A DNA stretch of 64,000 nucleotides from Lama guanicoe (Eukaryota): NCBI GenBank assembly GCA_013239625.1, contig MU056000.1:14598851-14662850 (forward strand), written 5' to 3'. Of this stretch, positions 37,181 through 51,214 are shown one piece after another (position 1 is the first letter of the stretch; the number at the start of each line of letters is the position of its first letter). The position numbers and the translations under genes were made by a program. The notes under the pieces were generated by a model that saw nothing but the letters and a program-made list of their open reading frames with translations, made no database searches and had not been told where the DNA came from.

Positions 37181-38918
37181 ATTACCTCCCCACTAAGAAT
37201 AATTCGGGGATCACAAAATGTTACGTGATAAGGTAGCCTTAACATTTTGAGGTATTTGAATGAAAAGCAGGTAGATCCTTTCATAAAGTCATTAAAGGAC
37301 TTCAAAGTAATATTCATTTTATTTACATGTCATGACTATTTGTAAATTAAAATATATATGCAATTGTAGTGTAGCCTGAAGGTGTATATAACATTTAAAA
37401 TTTTTCAGTACTTCATGCAAGTCAGAATTCTACAGAGAACATTATAAAACGTGTTTAATGTTTTTCCTATAATGTTTAAGTGTATTTTGTCCCTTATTAT
37501 TAATCTAGAAAGGTTTGGGTAAACTATTACCCAAAATTTTCACCATTTTTTCATGTATCAATTTCCTGAACTTCCAATAATACTTCTGCCAAAAAAACTA
37601 GGGAACTGACATACGTGCATGATAAATTTAATAATTCTTAACTTTAACACAGGAAAATTTTAGATAAGGGGGACTCACCTTTGTAACAACTGAAGATGAG
37701 TTTTTACTTAAATATTGGATTCCAGTTGTCATAATATCCAGTCTCCCTATTCTTTCTAACTTAATTTCTACTGAGTTGATCATCTATTTATTTTATTTTC
37801 TATAATACAGTAGTCATGTCTTATTTTCATTTTATTCCAGATTGGATTTCTTTCTACTTCATAGAAAAACCCAAGCCTGTTTAGCAAATTTTTGATAAAA
37901 CAATCATTTGTATATTCTGAGAGCCATACAGCCCCTCTCTTTGGGGATAGAGTCTTACCAGTCTTACTAAACAGTAGCCTTAATGTTTACCTAAATAAAA
38001 CTGTAACAAAATATAGTGATATATTTTACACAATAATGCATTTTCCAAAAGTGCATTTTAAGTGATTATTTGATTATAGAGAGCTTTGGTATTCAGTGTC
38101 ACCTTGACCTACCTTAGGAAAGATCATTAAAAATTGACTGCTTATAGACAAGTTTAGCATTCAAGATTAGCAGTGATTTTAGTTGTATAACTGTTGTAAT
38201 TTAAAATAACACACTTTACCACTGAGATGTTTTGTATTTCTTGAATTTCTCCTAGAATTGTGGGAAGGTTATTAGAAATACAAAAACTAAGGGTGTTCAT
38301 GGAAAAATGCAGTTTTTTGCTTCATGACATCTTAAATGTTATACATGTGAAATATCATTTGTAAAGTTTCATTTTTAGGTTTATGTGGGATTAACTTTGT
38401 CTTTAAATTTGACAAGAAAGGTTGTTCTTGGCAAAGCTCTATGTAAATAAGTAAATGATATAACCATAGAAAATATATGTAAGCTGTATTTATGTAAGAT
38501 GTTTCAAGCACTGGTAGTTATGCAAATAATAACACATTAATAATATCAAAATATATAAAGTAATATTACATCACATTATTAAATGCGTCAAATATATTAA
38601 TCCCTTACTTTTTTTTTAACAATATCATTAAATCTATTTGCAGAAATGTTTTGATGGCTCATACATTCCTAAATGAGTGTTTTTGTGTTCATGGCTGGAC
38701 ATGATTAATTTATTTACTTTGAAAAGGATAGATACATGACAACAGCCTCTAAGAAAACAAACTGGCATTTGATTAAAGAAAGTTGAAACACACTTGAGTA
38801 GATAATAAAGAGTTAAAAACAAAATTGTTTGTCATGTACCTATGGAAATTCTTCATGTCTAGAAACTATACGAAATATATAGGTTTGGTTTGGTTTTTCA
38901 TTCTCCCTGTTTTCTGTT

Positions 38919-39368
38919 TGTGGAAATAAACAAAGACTCCCCAAATGAGAACACTCACAGCTTGCAATAGCTAGGGAGTCCGCTACCATCATTTGCTTTT
39001 GGCAGACATGCAAAGGCCGGCAGGAGAGGCTGAGAGCTTTACAGCTACATAGCGGAAGGCTTCAGTGTGTTCTGAACAGAAGGTGTTGGGAAGGAGAAGC
39101 TGAAGGCAGGGTAACTAGAAGTGATGTGTCTTATATGATTGGTTTGTGAGCGGATTTGATCCTCTCTGGTTGGTCCTGAGTTATAATAAGCATGGGAATT
39201 AAAAAAAAATACTTGATATCTGGCAGTCCTCCATCAGGTCCTGATTGTCCTGGGTCAGTCGCTGCAAAGATTGTGGTTTGGCTTGTCAGACTGGTGCTGC
39301 AGAAGCTGTAGGTCGTAGTTCAGTTGTTACACCTGGTCTGGCCGTTATCCGTTTGCATATTCAGTCCC
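38919..39368 (-). mobile_element. ERV1 solo LTR, MER89/MER90/LTR68-group
   Basis: Minus strand reads GGACTGAATATGCAAACGGATAACGGCCAGACC...CTGCAGCACCAGTCTGACAAGCCAAACCACAATCTTTGCAGC. Confidence 0.7.
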
Positions 39369-39608
39369 TTATATTACACCTGACTGGAGACTGGTTATGT
39401 GTACTAGTATTTTTCTCAAATAAAATGGTTTCTTCAGAGATAGATAAATAATTCTAAATAATTCCCAACTTGAAGTGAATGAAATGGACCATACAATGAA
39501 AACAAACAAAACAATATCATGAGACAAAACTGGACATAGTCCAAACTGAGTGTGGACATTTGAAGTGTGAAGGAAGAGGGTGAAGGCAGAGCAGGAATAA
39601 GAGCAGTG

Positions 39609-39668
39609 TTGGACACAGCATTGTAAAATGACTATCACTCAATAAAAAAATGTTAAAAAAAAAAAAAA
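39609..39668 (+). mobile_element. Ultra-short L1 3' terminus with poly(A) and TSD
   Basis: GACACAGCATTGTAAAATGACTATCACTCAATAAAAAAATGTT(A)n, flanked by AGGAATAAGAGCAGTG / AGGAGTAAGAGTGATG. Confidence 0.75.
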
Positions 39669-41229
39669 AGGAGTAAGAGTGATGGCAGAAGAACAGCGAT
39701 CATGGAGTATTCAGTGCCAGTACAATTTAAAGTTACAAAGGGCAGTCACAAGAGAGAAGGAAACCCTATACAATTTTTTGGGAATTTAGTTTCCAGATGG
39801 CAGTCTACATTTTTCCCTTATCCTTCTTCCTCAAAATTGTCTGAAAAACTATAAGCACAAAAACAGAGGTCAATTTCAAGGAAAACTGAAATGGGTCATA
39901 ATATCAAACCACACCCCTGAAGCATGCCAGTCAGACATCATCTAGCCTTTGTCAGATCTGGAGAGAAATCCTAAGCTCTTAGATCTGCTCATTTTAACTA
40001 CAGTTTAAGTTCTGGACCGCCTTTCCATGACCACTTTAGTAGAGAAATGCCGTCCTAGAGCTTGGACATTTTTCTTTTCTTTTCTATTTTTTTTTTTTGA
40101 TAGGGAATCAACTAATACTAAGCAAATTTAAAATCGTAGTAAATAACTAGAAAAAAACAATTTTTTTTTTTTACTCACCACTCCCTCCTGAGTTAAGGTG
40201 GATGTTTAAAGAAATAATGCTTTAAAAATGCAAGGAAAAAACCCTCATGAGGAAATACTCTATCTTACTTGTCTAAAAAAGAGATCATTTATTTGAATGT
40301 AGCAAAATCTTCTTGTTTATTTCCACACTTCCTGGATTAAAAAATACTAATTTATACTCATATGACTTGATGAAATTGTCAAGAGCATAAATTATTTTTT
40401 GTACCAACTATAATGATTCTCTCCCTCTTGCATGTCAAAATGTGTTTTTCTGTATCTAAGCTATCGTTCCTTTTATAGAATGATAATTAACTGTACAGTG
40501 ATAATTTCCTATCTGTCTGAAGTCTCTGTCATGTCTACTGTCATTCATCTCCATCTATTTTATCCTACTCCTTGGAACTTTCTAGATTACTTGATCATAA
40601 TTTCTTGATATGGGAATAGGAATTTGTACGCATTTTAAAACTTTTCATGTTTTACCTTTGATAAATAGATAATTCTGGAAAAGTTAAAGTGATATTAGCT
40701 TTAAACTATGATTTTCCATTAATTTTATCACCATGTTAATGTAATGTTGTCACAATATTTTAGTTAATAGAAGACTACTTACTTAATCTCTTGTGATTTA
40801 TATATTTAAACTATTCCAGTTCTATGGTAAGTTAACATTATTTAAACAGATTATTATAAAACTATCAAGTTAGATTTAATTGGCTAAATTCAAGATAATG
40901 GGTAAAATGTTTAATACTGTGAATATTATAAATGCTGCACTGAAATTGAATGTTTAGATCTTTAGTCAACTAAGAGTTTGATGCAATACTAAATCAAGCT
41001 AATTAACAAATAATTTGGATACCTGGACACTTTCAAAACAAGAAAATAATAAAAAAAATGGTTACTTAACATAGTTTTAAACTAAATTCCAATATTCTTA
41101 TTTTTATGCATAAAATGTCTACAGCTTAGTGGGACTTGTACATGTTTTTAAACGTCTTGTTCTGTGGGCTTTTGTACTGAGCATGAGTTTCTGGATTTAA
41201 TAACATATTTTAGGTTCCTGGTTTAGATA

Positions 41230-41623
41230 AGAATTTCAAACTCCTCATAATTCTTCTCTTTGTCTGCTTGCTTCAAGAAATAACAGCTCCTCAAAGATAA
41301 GTTTGTGAACAAACTAAACAACGTATTTATAAAAACTAACAGTTTGCTCATTAGGACTTGTTTTAATGCCCTTGCCTCACAGGTCCCACTAATCCAGCTA
41401 TTATGTTCTAATGTCTACCCAGTCCCAACCTGTCCTAAAAGATGCACCTTATAATCTTGCAGACTCTAAACCTATAAAACTATACTGCTTTTATGCCTCA
41501 TTTTAAAGCACCACTCAGACTCTGTCACAGTGTCTGACAGGCATTCTTCCTCACAGAGCCAATCGCATCAACTGAGCTTTGATCAACAAGTTTTATAGTG
41601 GCTTCTAGATGCCAAAAGCCAAC
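41230..41623 (+). mobile_element. MER110-like ERV1 LTR
   Basis: GCTATTATGTTCTAATGTCTACCCAGTCCCAACC...CCTATAAAA...CACCACTCAGACTCTGTCA...AGCTTTGATCAACAAGTTTT. Confidence 0.6.
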
Positions 41624-44600
41624 AAATACAAAACAATTTATTAAATAAATCCATAATTTCACACATACAGCAGATTAATAAATACCTAGTTGTGCAGATG
41701 GTGAATCGGAAGAGATAATTTAAATTTTCTGTATGTTAACACATTGCCATCTCAAAGGATATAAATTTATACTGACTATGAGCAATGCCCATTTCTGATA
41801 CTACATGAGAATGCCACTGCCCCTTGTGCTCACCAAAAATAATATTGTAAATTGTTTCAACTATGTTACTCCTGTGAGGATACATAGATTTTTAAGTTAT
41901 CATTCACAGTTTAGATACAGATATAGAGATGTGTATTCAAGACTTATGTCCATGTGTTGTGTACTTTTTATAAGGAATTACAAAAAAATTCCTGTGCCTT
42001 TTTTATGTAGAAAATAAACATTTTAACATCAAAGGCTGGAAAATGACTATAAATATTTTTCTATAGTGCTAGATACACTCTTAAAAAATAAGTTTCTGAT
42101 GCTATTTGCTAAAAACTACATTTAAATAACTGCTTTTTAAAAAAACATGGTTCATGTCTCATTATCCCTATTGAATTGCTTTGGGATCATAGAAATGCAG
42201 TAGCATCCGTTAAGTAAATTATATGAGTTTTCAGAAAACAAATAGTTTTTTGATGCTCATAACAACAGCCCAGCTCTTTCATTTCCTCACTCTCCTAGCA
42301 AATGCTGAAGTTCAAGGAAACAAAATCTGATCTTCGATATACCAAGCATCCCTGGACTGTAACAGTAATTATAGGAGTGAATGGGCCAGGGGCACCTGGG
42401 GAACTGGTCAGCTCGTCTCTACTCTAAATTACCTTGAACACCTGGGAACAAAATATCATGACCGGCATCTTGTCCGTAGAGTAAACTTGTGATCCATTAT
42501 CAACTGTGCTTCATTATTAAAGGAACTACGAGGCTTAGATACATTTTGAACATGTGCTGCCCCTTCAGAAGGCATGCTGTAAATGGATTTAAAGCATCAT
42601 TAGGCAAATATTCTAGCACAGTTAGGAAAATTGACTACCCAGCAACAAGTGTGATGAGATGGGAGATCCTACTGCTATGCAAATATGTCAAAGTACCAAC
42701 ATGGGTATGGTTAAGGATGAAATGTGGACACATCATTCCAAAGGCATCCACATGGTACGTGCCTCAAAGAGAAGCCTCAATTAAAACTATGGAGTTTAAT
42801 TATGCATACTTTAAATATTAATGTCAATATTACAAAGTAATATTTGATATTTAATCAGTTAGAGCTAGGCTAAGAAACAGTTTGCATTTTTAATCTTTTT
42901 GTTTACACTTACGAAGAATGACTCTGGGGTCCAAACTTAACATCACTAAACTCCAGTTGGTCCTGGAGGACATGAAAATTCTAAAGGGTTTGGGCAGTTT
43001 TAGTCATTCTTTCTCAAATGTGAGTATGACATTATAGAGCAAAATGAAATGTCAACTCTGCCAATAACTAACTAAATGACCTGGAGTCATGTCTCCAATA
43101 TCAGTTTCTTTATATTTTTAAATATAGAATTAAATATGATCTCAGAATATTCTCCATAATTATCAACATGTAAAATTTCAAATGTAAATAATCCTGAAAA
43201 GTGTTAAAAGCAAATATTCATGTGTATTTATATTGCCTGATAGATCAATGGAACATTATGACACTGGACAGGTGGATAGTGCTTTGAAGCTTTTGCTCTA
43301 TATAGCTAAATAATCAGCTATTTCTATAATTTATCTTCAAGTGTTACCAAAACCTAGAAACTTAAGAACTGATGTGCATGTATACAAGAGTTTATATGTT
43401 TGTTTAAAGACTGAATAGAATAACCTGATAGTACTTGTGCCTATTTACAAAGGAGTAAGAACCCTCAAGTTGAATATTTCTTGAGCTAGTCCACTGTGAG
43501 AATGAACTTTATTTAAAAAAAAAAATGCATCTCTATACACACACAGATACATGTCATTATTTTAAACAACAAAAAGACTGGATTAAATCATAACGTTAAA
43601 CAACAAATGAAAGTTTGCCATTAGCTGAAAAGTCACATAAACTTGGCTGAAAAAGAAAAAAAAAAAGAGGGTATATCATTTAGGAAAAGCCTTTTTGACA
43701 TTGTTGTTCAGAAATGTCCTTGTCTGCCTAGCCCAAATATTACTAAATGTAGTTTCAGATAAGACCACTTATCCGGCAAAAGACAGAATGTTTAAAGAAT
43801 GAAGATTTGCTTTCTGTATCTCACATAACCCTTCTTAAAACTATTCCAAGGATGACCAGTTTTATTGTTCAGTGGATTATTTTTTTCTAAATCAAGAAGA
43901 TGGATGCTTTAGGTGAACGTGCATGACATACTCAACCTGTAAAAACAGGAGTAAGGGAAAGTATAACGCACTGACAAAGGTCAAGGTGTATTAGCAGCAA
44001 ACAAAAACTGCCTCAATGTTTTCCCTCTTATTTATTCATTAGTTAATGCCTAAAGAAGCCCAGTGCTGTCAAGGATGATAAAGCCAGAATCATGTCCATG
44101 TTTCTTCAAGGAGTTAGTTCTAATGAGCAGATTAATGAAGTGGGCAGGGCACAGTCAGCTGGGGGATTGGTACAAATGTTTGCTTCCTATGGACATCTTT
44201 TTCTTTAAAAAGAAACAGATTAACTTGCTTTGTAAATGTGTATTTCATTCATATATTGGCTCAGAAACCAAATAATTGTGATGCATTTGAATTTCACTGA
44301 TACATATGGTCATCAATTTGACCTTAGGATACACGAAGGATGCAATAAGGTGAGGAGATCCTAGGAGCAATCTTGGGAAATGACCAAAGCAGGTCCATGG
44401 AACAGACTCATAAACTACCTAAAAGAAAAAAAGGACTAGTACATATACAAACTGCAATTGGGCATTTTGATGGGTTGACATTTTTCCCTGACAAGTTCAG
44501 AACCTTAAGTTATCTTAGAAATGTCAGAGAGGAGCTTAATAGGCACCTCAATGAAAACATTAACTACACAATTAAACTTAATGAGAATAAATTCTCCTTT

Positions 44601-45021
44601 TATGAGAGAAAGGTCAATCCCAGCCTCATCTTGGAAAAAAAGAAAAAGGAGTTCACACACACATGAAGAAAGCCAATTAGAGAATTAAAGTTAATGCAGA
44701 GCTGCAAAGCGAGAGGTTTTTATCAGCTTTCTCAACTATTACTTTCATATTAATTCAAGTTTGAGTGACAAGGAAGTACAGTTTAATAACATCTAGAGTC
44801 TCATAGACAAGCCATAAAAAAAACTCAACAGAACTTCAGGATTCTAAACATGTAATAACCGTCTCTTCATATCATTTCTTCCCACATATTCCCCATGGAT
44901 GACAAAATAAAAATTTAAAACTTTGAAATTATATATAAGTGAAAACCAAGCACAAAAGTAAGTGACTGAGGCTCTTATACATTTATTGCAATGTTGACTC
45001 CATTATTCACTGACCTTCAAA

Positions 45022-45200
45022 ATAATAATGATGAGGTTTAACATTTATTAAGCTCCAACTAGGTGATAAACTTTGAATCCTTACAACAATACTGCTGCAT
45101 GTGTAATATGATTATTTCACTTTACATAAAGGAGACACACTCAGTCAAAACACAGTTTTACTCAGGTAGCAAAAAGCAAAAGCTAGATTCTATTAACTTC
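45022..45200 (-). mobile_element. MIR fragment
   Basis: TAACATTTATTAAGCTCC...TGAATCCTTACAACAATACTG...TTTCACTTTACATAAAGGAG. Confidence 0.55.
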
Positions 45201-46296
45201 CTGGAAGTTTCACAAAATAATTTCAACTTTTGACTTCTTGTTCATTTCCGTATTTTGTATTTAGAAAGTCAAAGACCTGCCATATGAAACTTGTATGGAT
45301 ATTTTAATGTTAAGTCACATTTCATAGAGTCTTATGTGTGCGTGTGTTTTTGTATAATGCAATATTGAATAATATAGTTAACAAATAACTTTGTGATAAA
45401 TAAGTGAAATTACACAGATATTTTGAGTAGTTACCTAGAATAAGTTTTGAGAAAGACTGTGTAAAATCAAATGTTTTTTCTCATAAGTAGCTTATAATCT
45501 ACAAATATATAAACTATGTCATATATTACACAGCAAAATAAAAGAAAGATTGATGTAATTATTTTGACCCTAATATTTTTAAGAGTAACAAAGCTTTAGT
45601 AGAAGTAGAGATCAAAATAATTTTAGGAAAAATAAGAAAGTTTAATAGAAAAGGTGAATTTTAAATTAAATTTGGAAGACAGAGACTAACAGTTAGGAAA
45701 ATTGGACAGGAAAGAGGATTTTAAGCAAAGACACTGACAGAAATATAAATCTAGAATATGGAGGGGTATCAGATTGCCTGAGGATAAGGTATATGTAGAT
45801 AAAGAATAGTATAATAAAAAGAAACTGTTAGGTAAAGAATCTAATAATATGAAGATTCTAAACAGAAAAGTGACCTGATCTGACATTTTTTTGAAAGTGC
45901 ACTTTAGGACAGATTGAAGAAATAATTAGATTTATATGGGGAATATCCTGAGAGAGTTACAGATCAGTGTATTGTCCAATTTAACATTTACTATGTGTCG
46001 GATTAAGATGATACATATTTCAGTAAATGAGAGAGAGTAACTTCAGTCATTTTGTAATGTTATTTTTCTAAGAGTATTATGGTATGTCTAATTATAAATA
46101 TTTCATAATTTCAAAATTTCACATACAAAACTATTAATACTTTTTTTGTCCATTTAGTGTCATGCCCACCATCTTATATGCTATATTCACAACTTATTTA
46201 GAATTAATCATTTTCTTACATATATACTCATGTATTTCATTAAGACATTATATAAAAATGCATGAAGGAGTAAGTCTGAGAGCTGTTTCAGAGCTG

Positions 46297-46619
46297 AGGT
46301 CACAGACTGGTGGGCTGTAACACAGATCTGATTTAGAGATGCATTTTATGCACATTGTTTCAGATACATTTCAAAATTTCCCATGAAACTAAAGAAGCTC
46401 GGCTTCTCTTTATACATAGCAGATTATTTGGAAAACCAAGCCCCTGTTTCTGGAAGGAGGCAGTCTTGAATCTGCAGATAGATCATATACGCTCTCCATA
46501 CTGAAAATACACTCTTCCACTGGAGAGTCCTCACCATTCCTTGTGACCAAACACGAAGGCCACTGCACTCACATATGTCCCCTGCTTGGCCTCTGCTGAC
46601 CTTTGAATTGCAGCCTATG
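46297..46619 (-). mobile_element. MER102-like hAT-Charlie element
   Basis: Ends CACTCACATATGTCCCCTGCTTGGCCTCTGCTGACCTTTGAATTGCAGCCTATG; begins GAGGTCACAGACTGGTGGGCTG. Confidence 0.6.
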
Positions 46620-46707
46620 ATTCAGAGAAATAATCAACAGGACATGGCAACTGACTAGATAAGGAGAGAAAAATGGGAGAAAAGGGAGTCAAAAATACAT
46701 GATTTTA

Positions 46708-47892
46708 GTCTCCCAAGGCAATAGAAATAAAAGCAAAAATAAACAAATGGGTCCTAAATTAAACTTATAAGCCTTTGCACAGCAAAGGAAACCATAAACA
46801 AAACAAAAAGACAGCCTACAGACTGGGAGAAAATATTTGCAAACAACACAACTCACAAGGGCTTACTGTTCATATCAGCTCATATAACTGATAATGTTCA
46901 AAACATCATGTTCAAAAACAGCTCACATAACTCACTAACCAAAAAAACAAACGATTCAATTAAAAAATGGACAGAAGACCTAAATAGATATTTTTCCAGT
47001 GAAGTCATATAGATGGCCAGCAGGCACATGAAAAGATGTTCAATATCACTATTATCAGAGAAATACAAATCAAAACTACATAGTAGCACTTCACACCTCT
47101 CAGACTGGCTGTCATTAAAAAGTCCACAAACGATAAATGCTGGCAAGAGTGTAGAGAAAAGGGAACGCTTCTATACTGTTGGTGGGAATGTAAGTTGATG
47201 CAGCCACTATGGAGAATGGTATGGAGCTTAAAAAGCTAAAATAGACTTACCGTATGATCCAGCAACCCCACTCCTCAGCATATAGCCAGAAAAGATGAAA
47301 ACTCTAATTCGAAAAGATACATGCACCCCAATGTTCATAGCAGCACTCTTTACAATAGACAAGACATGGAAGCAATCAAAATATCCATGGACAGATGATT
47401 GGATAAATAAGATGTGGTATATGTGTACAATGGAATACTACTCAGCCATAAAAAGAATGAAATAATGCCATTTCCAGCATAAATGGACCTAGAGGTTATC
47501 ATTTTGAGTGAAGTAAGTCAGACAAAGACAAATATCATATGATATCACTTGTATGTGGAATCTTAAAAAAATGATAGAAATGCACTTATTTACAAAACAG
47601 AAACAGACTCACAGACGTAGAAAATCAACTTGGTTACCAAAGGGGAAGGGAGGTGATAAATTAGGAGTTTGGGATTAGCAGATGCAAATTACTTTATATA
47701 AAATAGATAAACAACAAAATCCGACTGTATAGCACAGGGAACTATATTCAGTATCTTGTAATAACTTGTAACAAAAAATAATATGAAAAAGAATACATAT
47801 ATACTCATATATATATGTGAATCACTAAGCTATACACCAGAAACTAACACAATATTGTAAATCAAATACATTTCAATAAAATGATGGTGTAA

Positions 47893-47897
<5 letters not shown>
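46708..47897 (+). mobile_element. 5'-truncated cetartiodactyl-type L1 (ORF2 C-terminus plus 3' UTR) with TSD
   Basis: Encodes [25 protein letters not shown] (ORF2 Cys-rich motif) from 47138; 3' UTR CTGTATAGCACAGGGAACTATATTCAGTATCTTGTAATAAC; TSD remnant ACATGATTTTA on both sides. Confidence 0.96.

Positions 47898-47941
<44 letters not shown>
47898..47941. repeat. (TA)13(CA)9 compound microsatellite
   Basis: Directly visible. Confidence 0.97.
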
Positions 47942-48024
47942 TGATTTTAATTCAGTTTGGCACAAATAGGGTCATCAAATTTAAGAGCTTGTTGAGGTAC
48001 TAGGATTTTTACCTAAATCTTACT

Positions 48025-48553
48025 TGTGGACATACTCTAAAGGTGACCCTCATGGTGTTCATTCCCTTGTGAGAACTCTCATGCTGAGTGTGTGTGAGAA
48101 CTCTGACTTAATTTTAACTTACAGGACACAAAAATGGTGGTGGAATATACATGATCAAGAGTCTCTAATTATGTGGTTAAATTACGTAAAGATCACAGTG
48201 CCCACTTGCCTTCCTGTATGAGGATGCAAATAGCTATGTTGTTGGGGAACCCCGCATGGCTAGGGACTGCAGGTGGCGTCTAGGTGTTGAAGACAGCAAG
48301 AAACGGAAGTCCTCAGTCCTACAACCACAAGAAACTGAATCCTGCCAACAACCTGTGAGTGGGTTGCAGATCTACCAGGTGAGAACACGGTCCTGGCCAA
48401 CACCTTTGGTCACCTTGTGAAACCCTAAAATATAGGACCCAGGTAAGCCATGCCCAAACTCTTGACCTATGCAAGCTGTGAGCTACTCAATGTGTATTGC
48501 TGAAAGCTGCTAACTTTGTGGTAATAGTCTCACAATAACTAGTGAACTACTAA
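48025..48553 (+). mobile_element. MaLR LTR, MLT1E/F-like
   Basis: GACAGCAAGAAACGGAAGTCCTCAGTCCTACAACCACAAGAAACTGAATCCTGCCAACAACC...CTGGCCAACACC...AAGCTGCTAACTTTGTGGTAAT. Confidence 0.85.
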
Positions 48554-48763
48554 TTTTCATTTCTTACATTACAAATATTTACTCAGAGATGCTTTTCCAT
48601 ATCTCTAAATATAGTAGGAATGTATAGTTTTTACTCCTAAAGACATCAAGTTCCTTATTTACAGAAATCTGCAAACACATGAGGATCACTTTATCATTAT
48701 ATATAATCATTTACTTAGTCTTCTTATAATTATTGGCCAGATCCTATCTCCTCCATGAATCAG

Positions 48764-49271
48764 GAGTGGCAGTGTCACAATTATTTTTTGTTACTTCTTC
48801 CACCAAGAGGTGAGCTTTGTTTGTTTGTTTGTTTGTTTGTTTTCCCATTGTCTTGAATCTGGCTGAGCCTGTGATTGCTTTAACTAATAACATAGGATTA
48901 GAATGATGCAGTACTAGGACAGACCTAGCTCTGAAAAGATTGCTACCTTCTGATTCCTCCCATTTGTAGTCCTCTGTCATCCGTAAGGAAGCCCAGGCAG
49001 CTTTGGGAACTGTCTAGCCTTGGAAACATGTGAGCCTCTCCAATGTCCTCTCCTCTCCTAACCATCAGCCAACGACAGTTCCACCAGCCATGTGAAAGAG
49101 GTATCTTGGAAATGGATCTCCCGCCCAGTGCTGAGCCAGACAACAACCCGCAAAGCAGAGATGAGCCATCCAAACAGCTACAAACTGCAAAATCATAAAG
49201 AAATACACTTTTGTTGATTTAAGCCTCTACATCTGTGGTGGTTGATTACACAACAACAGACAATCAAAATA
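48764..49271 (+). mobile_element. MaLR LTR, MLT1G/H-like, containing (TTTG)n at ~48816-48842
   Basis: CTTCTTCCACCAAGAGGTG...CTTGAATCTGGCTGAGCCTGTGATTGCTTTAAC...CCAGCCATGTGA...TTTAAGCCTCTACATCTGTGGTGGTTGATTACACAACAACAGACAA. Confidence 0.8.
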
Positions 49272-50553
49272 TCAGGAACCATGTGTATGTTCTCAGTGCT
49301 TCTAAGTGTAATTGGCATACAGAAGCTTTATCTACATTTTTTTGAATGGATTAGTGCTATATTAAGTCTCTTCTATTTATGGAGATTTATAAGACTTAAT
49401 TTAATATGAAGATCTGAAATTTATAAAAAACACTTTCGAATGGAAATGTAGTTTTGGATATAGATTTTCATGAAAAAAAATTTGGACTTAGAGATGCATA
49501 TTTTATCTGCAAAGAGGAAAGCATTTAAATTGAGGGAAGATGAGATATCACCAGAACAACAACAAAAAAAAAAAATAGCAAAAGAAACAAGGCTTAACAA
49601 AATAACGGGTATTAGCAGAAAGGCATAGATAGTTCTATATCCTAGGTTTATCTTTATTTTTAAAAGACATGTTTTTATTACTGCACTTTCACATTACAAC
49701 TGAGAAACATATAACATTATTTGGAAAGGAAAAACAGATTATTCCCCCAGTATGTTAATGTTATTTCTTTATAAAGGCCTTCGGGCACACTCATTTAGAT
49801 AACATTTGTCAACTATATAATCTTAAATTATTAGTCAACCTAAACACTTTATTTCTTTTTTTAGATAATACCTAGATATGTAGGTATTTTAGTTACTCAT
49901 ATTTGACAGTAATATGGAGCCTCATAATTTACTAAGAAATTTCCTCTAACCACGTCTCAATATTTAAGTGCTTTTAATTTATCAAAGAAGAAAGCATTAA
50001 GTGAAATAATGTTATTATAATGAGTATCATTAGGCTTAGCGAAATAGTGGGGAGATTGCAGAGAAACAGAGGATATCACAAAATTCTGTAAAACTCCTCT
50101 GTAATTTTTTTTTAATATAGTCCACTTACATATAACTCCATCTTTGTTAATATAATGAAACTTCTAGACTAGTATCACTTTAGAATCCAAGGCTCAGAAA
50201 TTCAACCCATGTGAGTTAGTTTGATATACAGGGTCATTCTCTGAATTTAATGTATAAACTTTATATAGTTTTATGAATTTATCTGGGGAAGTTTTGCTAT
50301 CAAATTATATTATTATAATACATGCTTTAAGAAGTCCTGCAGTAATAAAACTGATTTAATCCAACATGTCCTAAATACATTTCACCACAGTTGAATTCTT
50401 TTTAATTCATTTAATTGAAGGACACATTAATCACATAAAGAAATAATGATCTATGATGCACACTTTGGGAAATATTTTAGATGAAAAGCTTCAAAATTCA
50501 AAATTGTATTGAACTGGCATGATCTTCTGGAAAGGACATGAGGTTTGTAGGTA

Positions 50554-50846
50554 CAATCAGCCCTCTGTATTCTTGGCATCCATAAATTCAACCAACCATT
50601 GATTGCAAATATCCAAAAAAAAAGTTTTCAAAAAGTTTCAAAAAGCAAAACTTGAATTCTTCACATGGCATTAACAAGGAACTAGACGTTATAAGTAACA
50701 TACAGGTGATTTAAAGTATGTGGGAGGATGCACATAGGTTGTATGAAAATACTAAGCCATTTTAATCAAGGGACTTGAGCGTATGAGGATTTGTGTATCC
50801 ATAGGGGTCCTGGAACCAATTCCTGGTGAATACTGAGGGACGGCGG
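50554..50846 (+). mobile_element. MER2/MER2B TcMar-Tigger element
   Basis: TA|CAATCAGCCCTCTGTAT ... ATACTGAGGGACGGCGG|TA gives decayed TIRs with a TA TSD; internal GATTTAAAGTATGTGGGAGGATG and AAGGGACTTGAGC. Confidence 0.9.
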
Positions 50847-51214
50847 TATATAAAAGCTAGTTTTATATAACTCCTCTATTGTGATCCTAGGGAAAAATGT
50901 TTTTTTCTAGAATCCCCACTTCCTTTGTTAGTAAAATTATATTACTTTGACAATTAAAGTAAATCATTCTGAAGAACTTTTCATGAACCAAAATGTAGTA
51001 TATGAATTTTCATAACTATCATCTCAGTTATTGCATTATACTGTCTGTGCCTGAATAATAGAAAGTTAACTATGTAAAAAATGTCAAACACTCCCACTAA
51101 GTGATTCTAATTGTTTGAATCTCTTCTTCACAGTAATGGAAAATCTAATTCCCATAATATTCACTAATCTAATTTCAGCCTCTGCACAAAAGTTTTGTCT
51201 TGAACAACTGCAGG

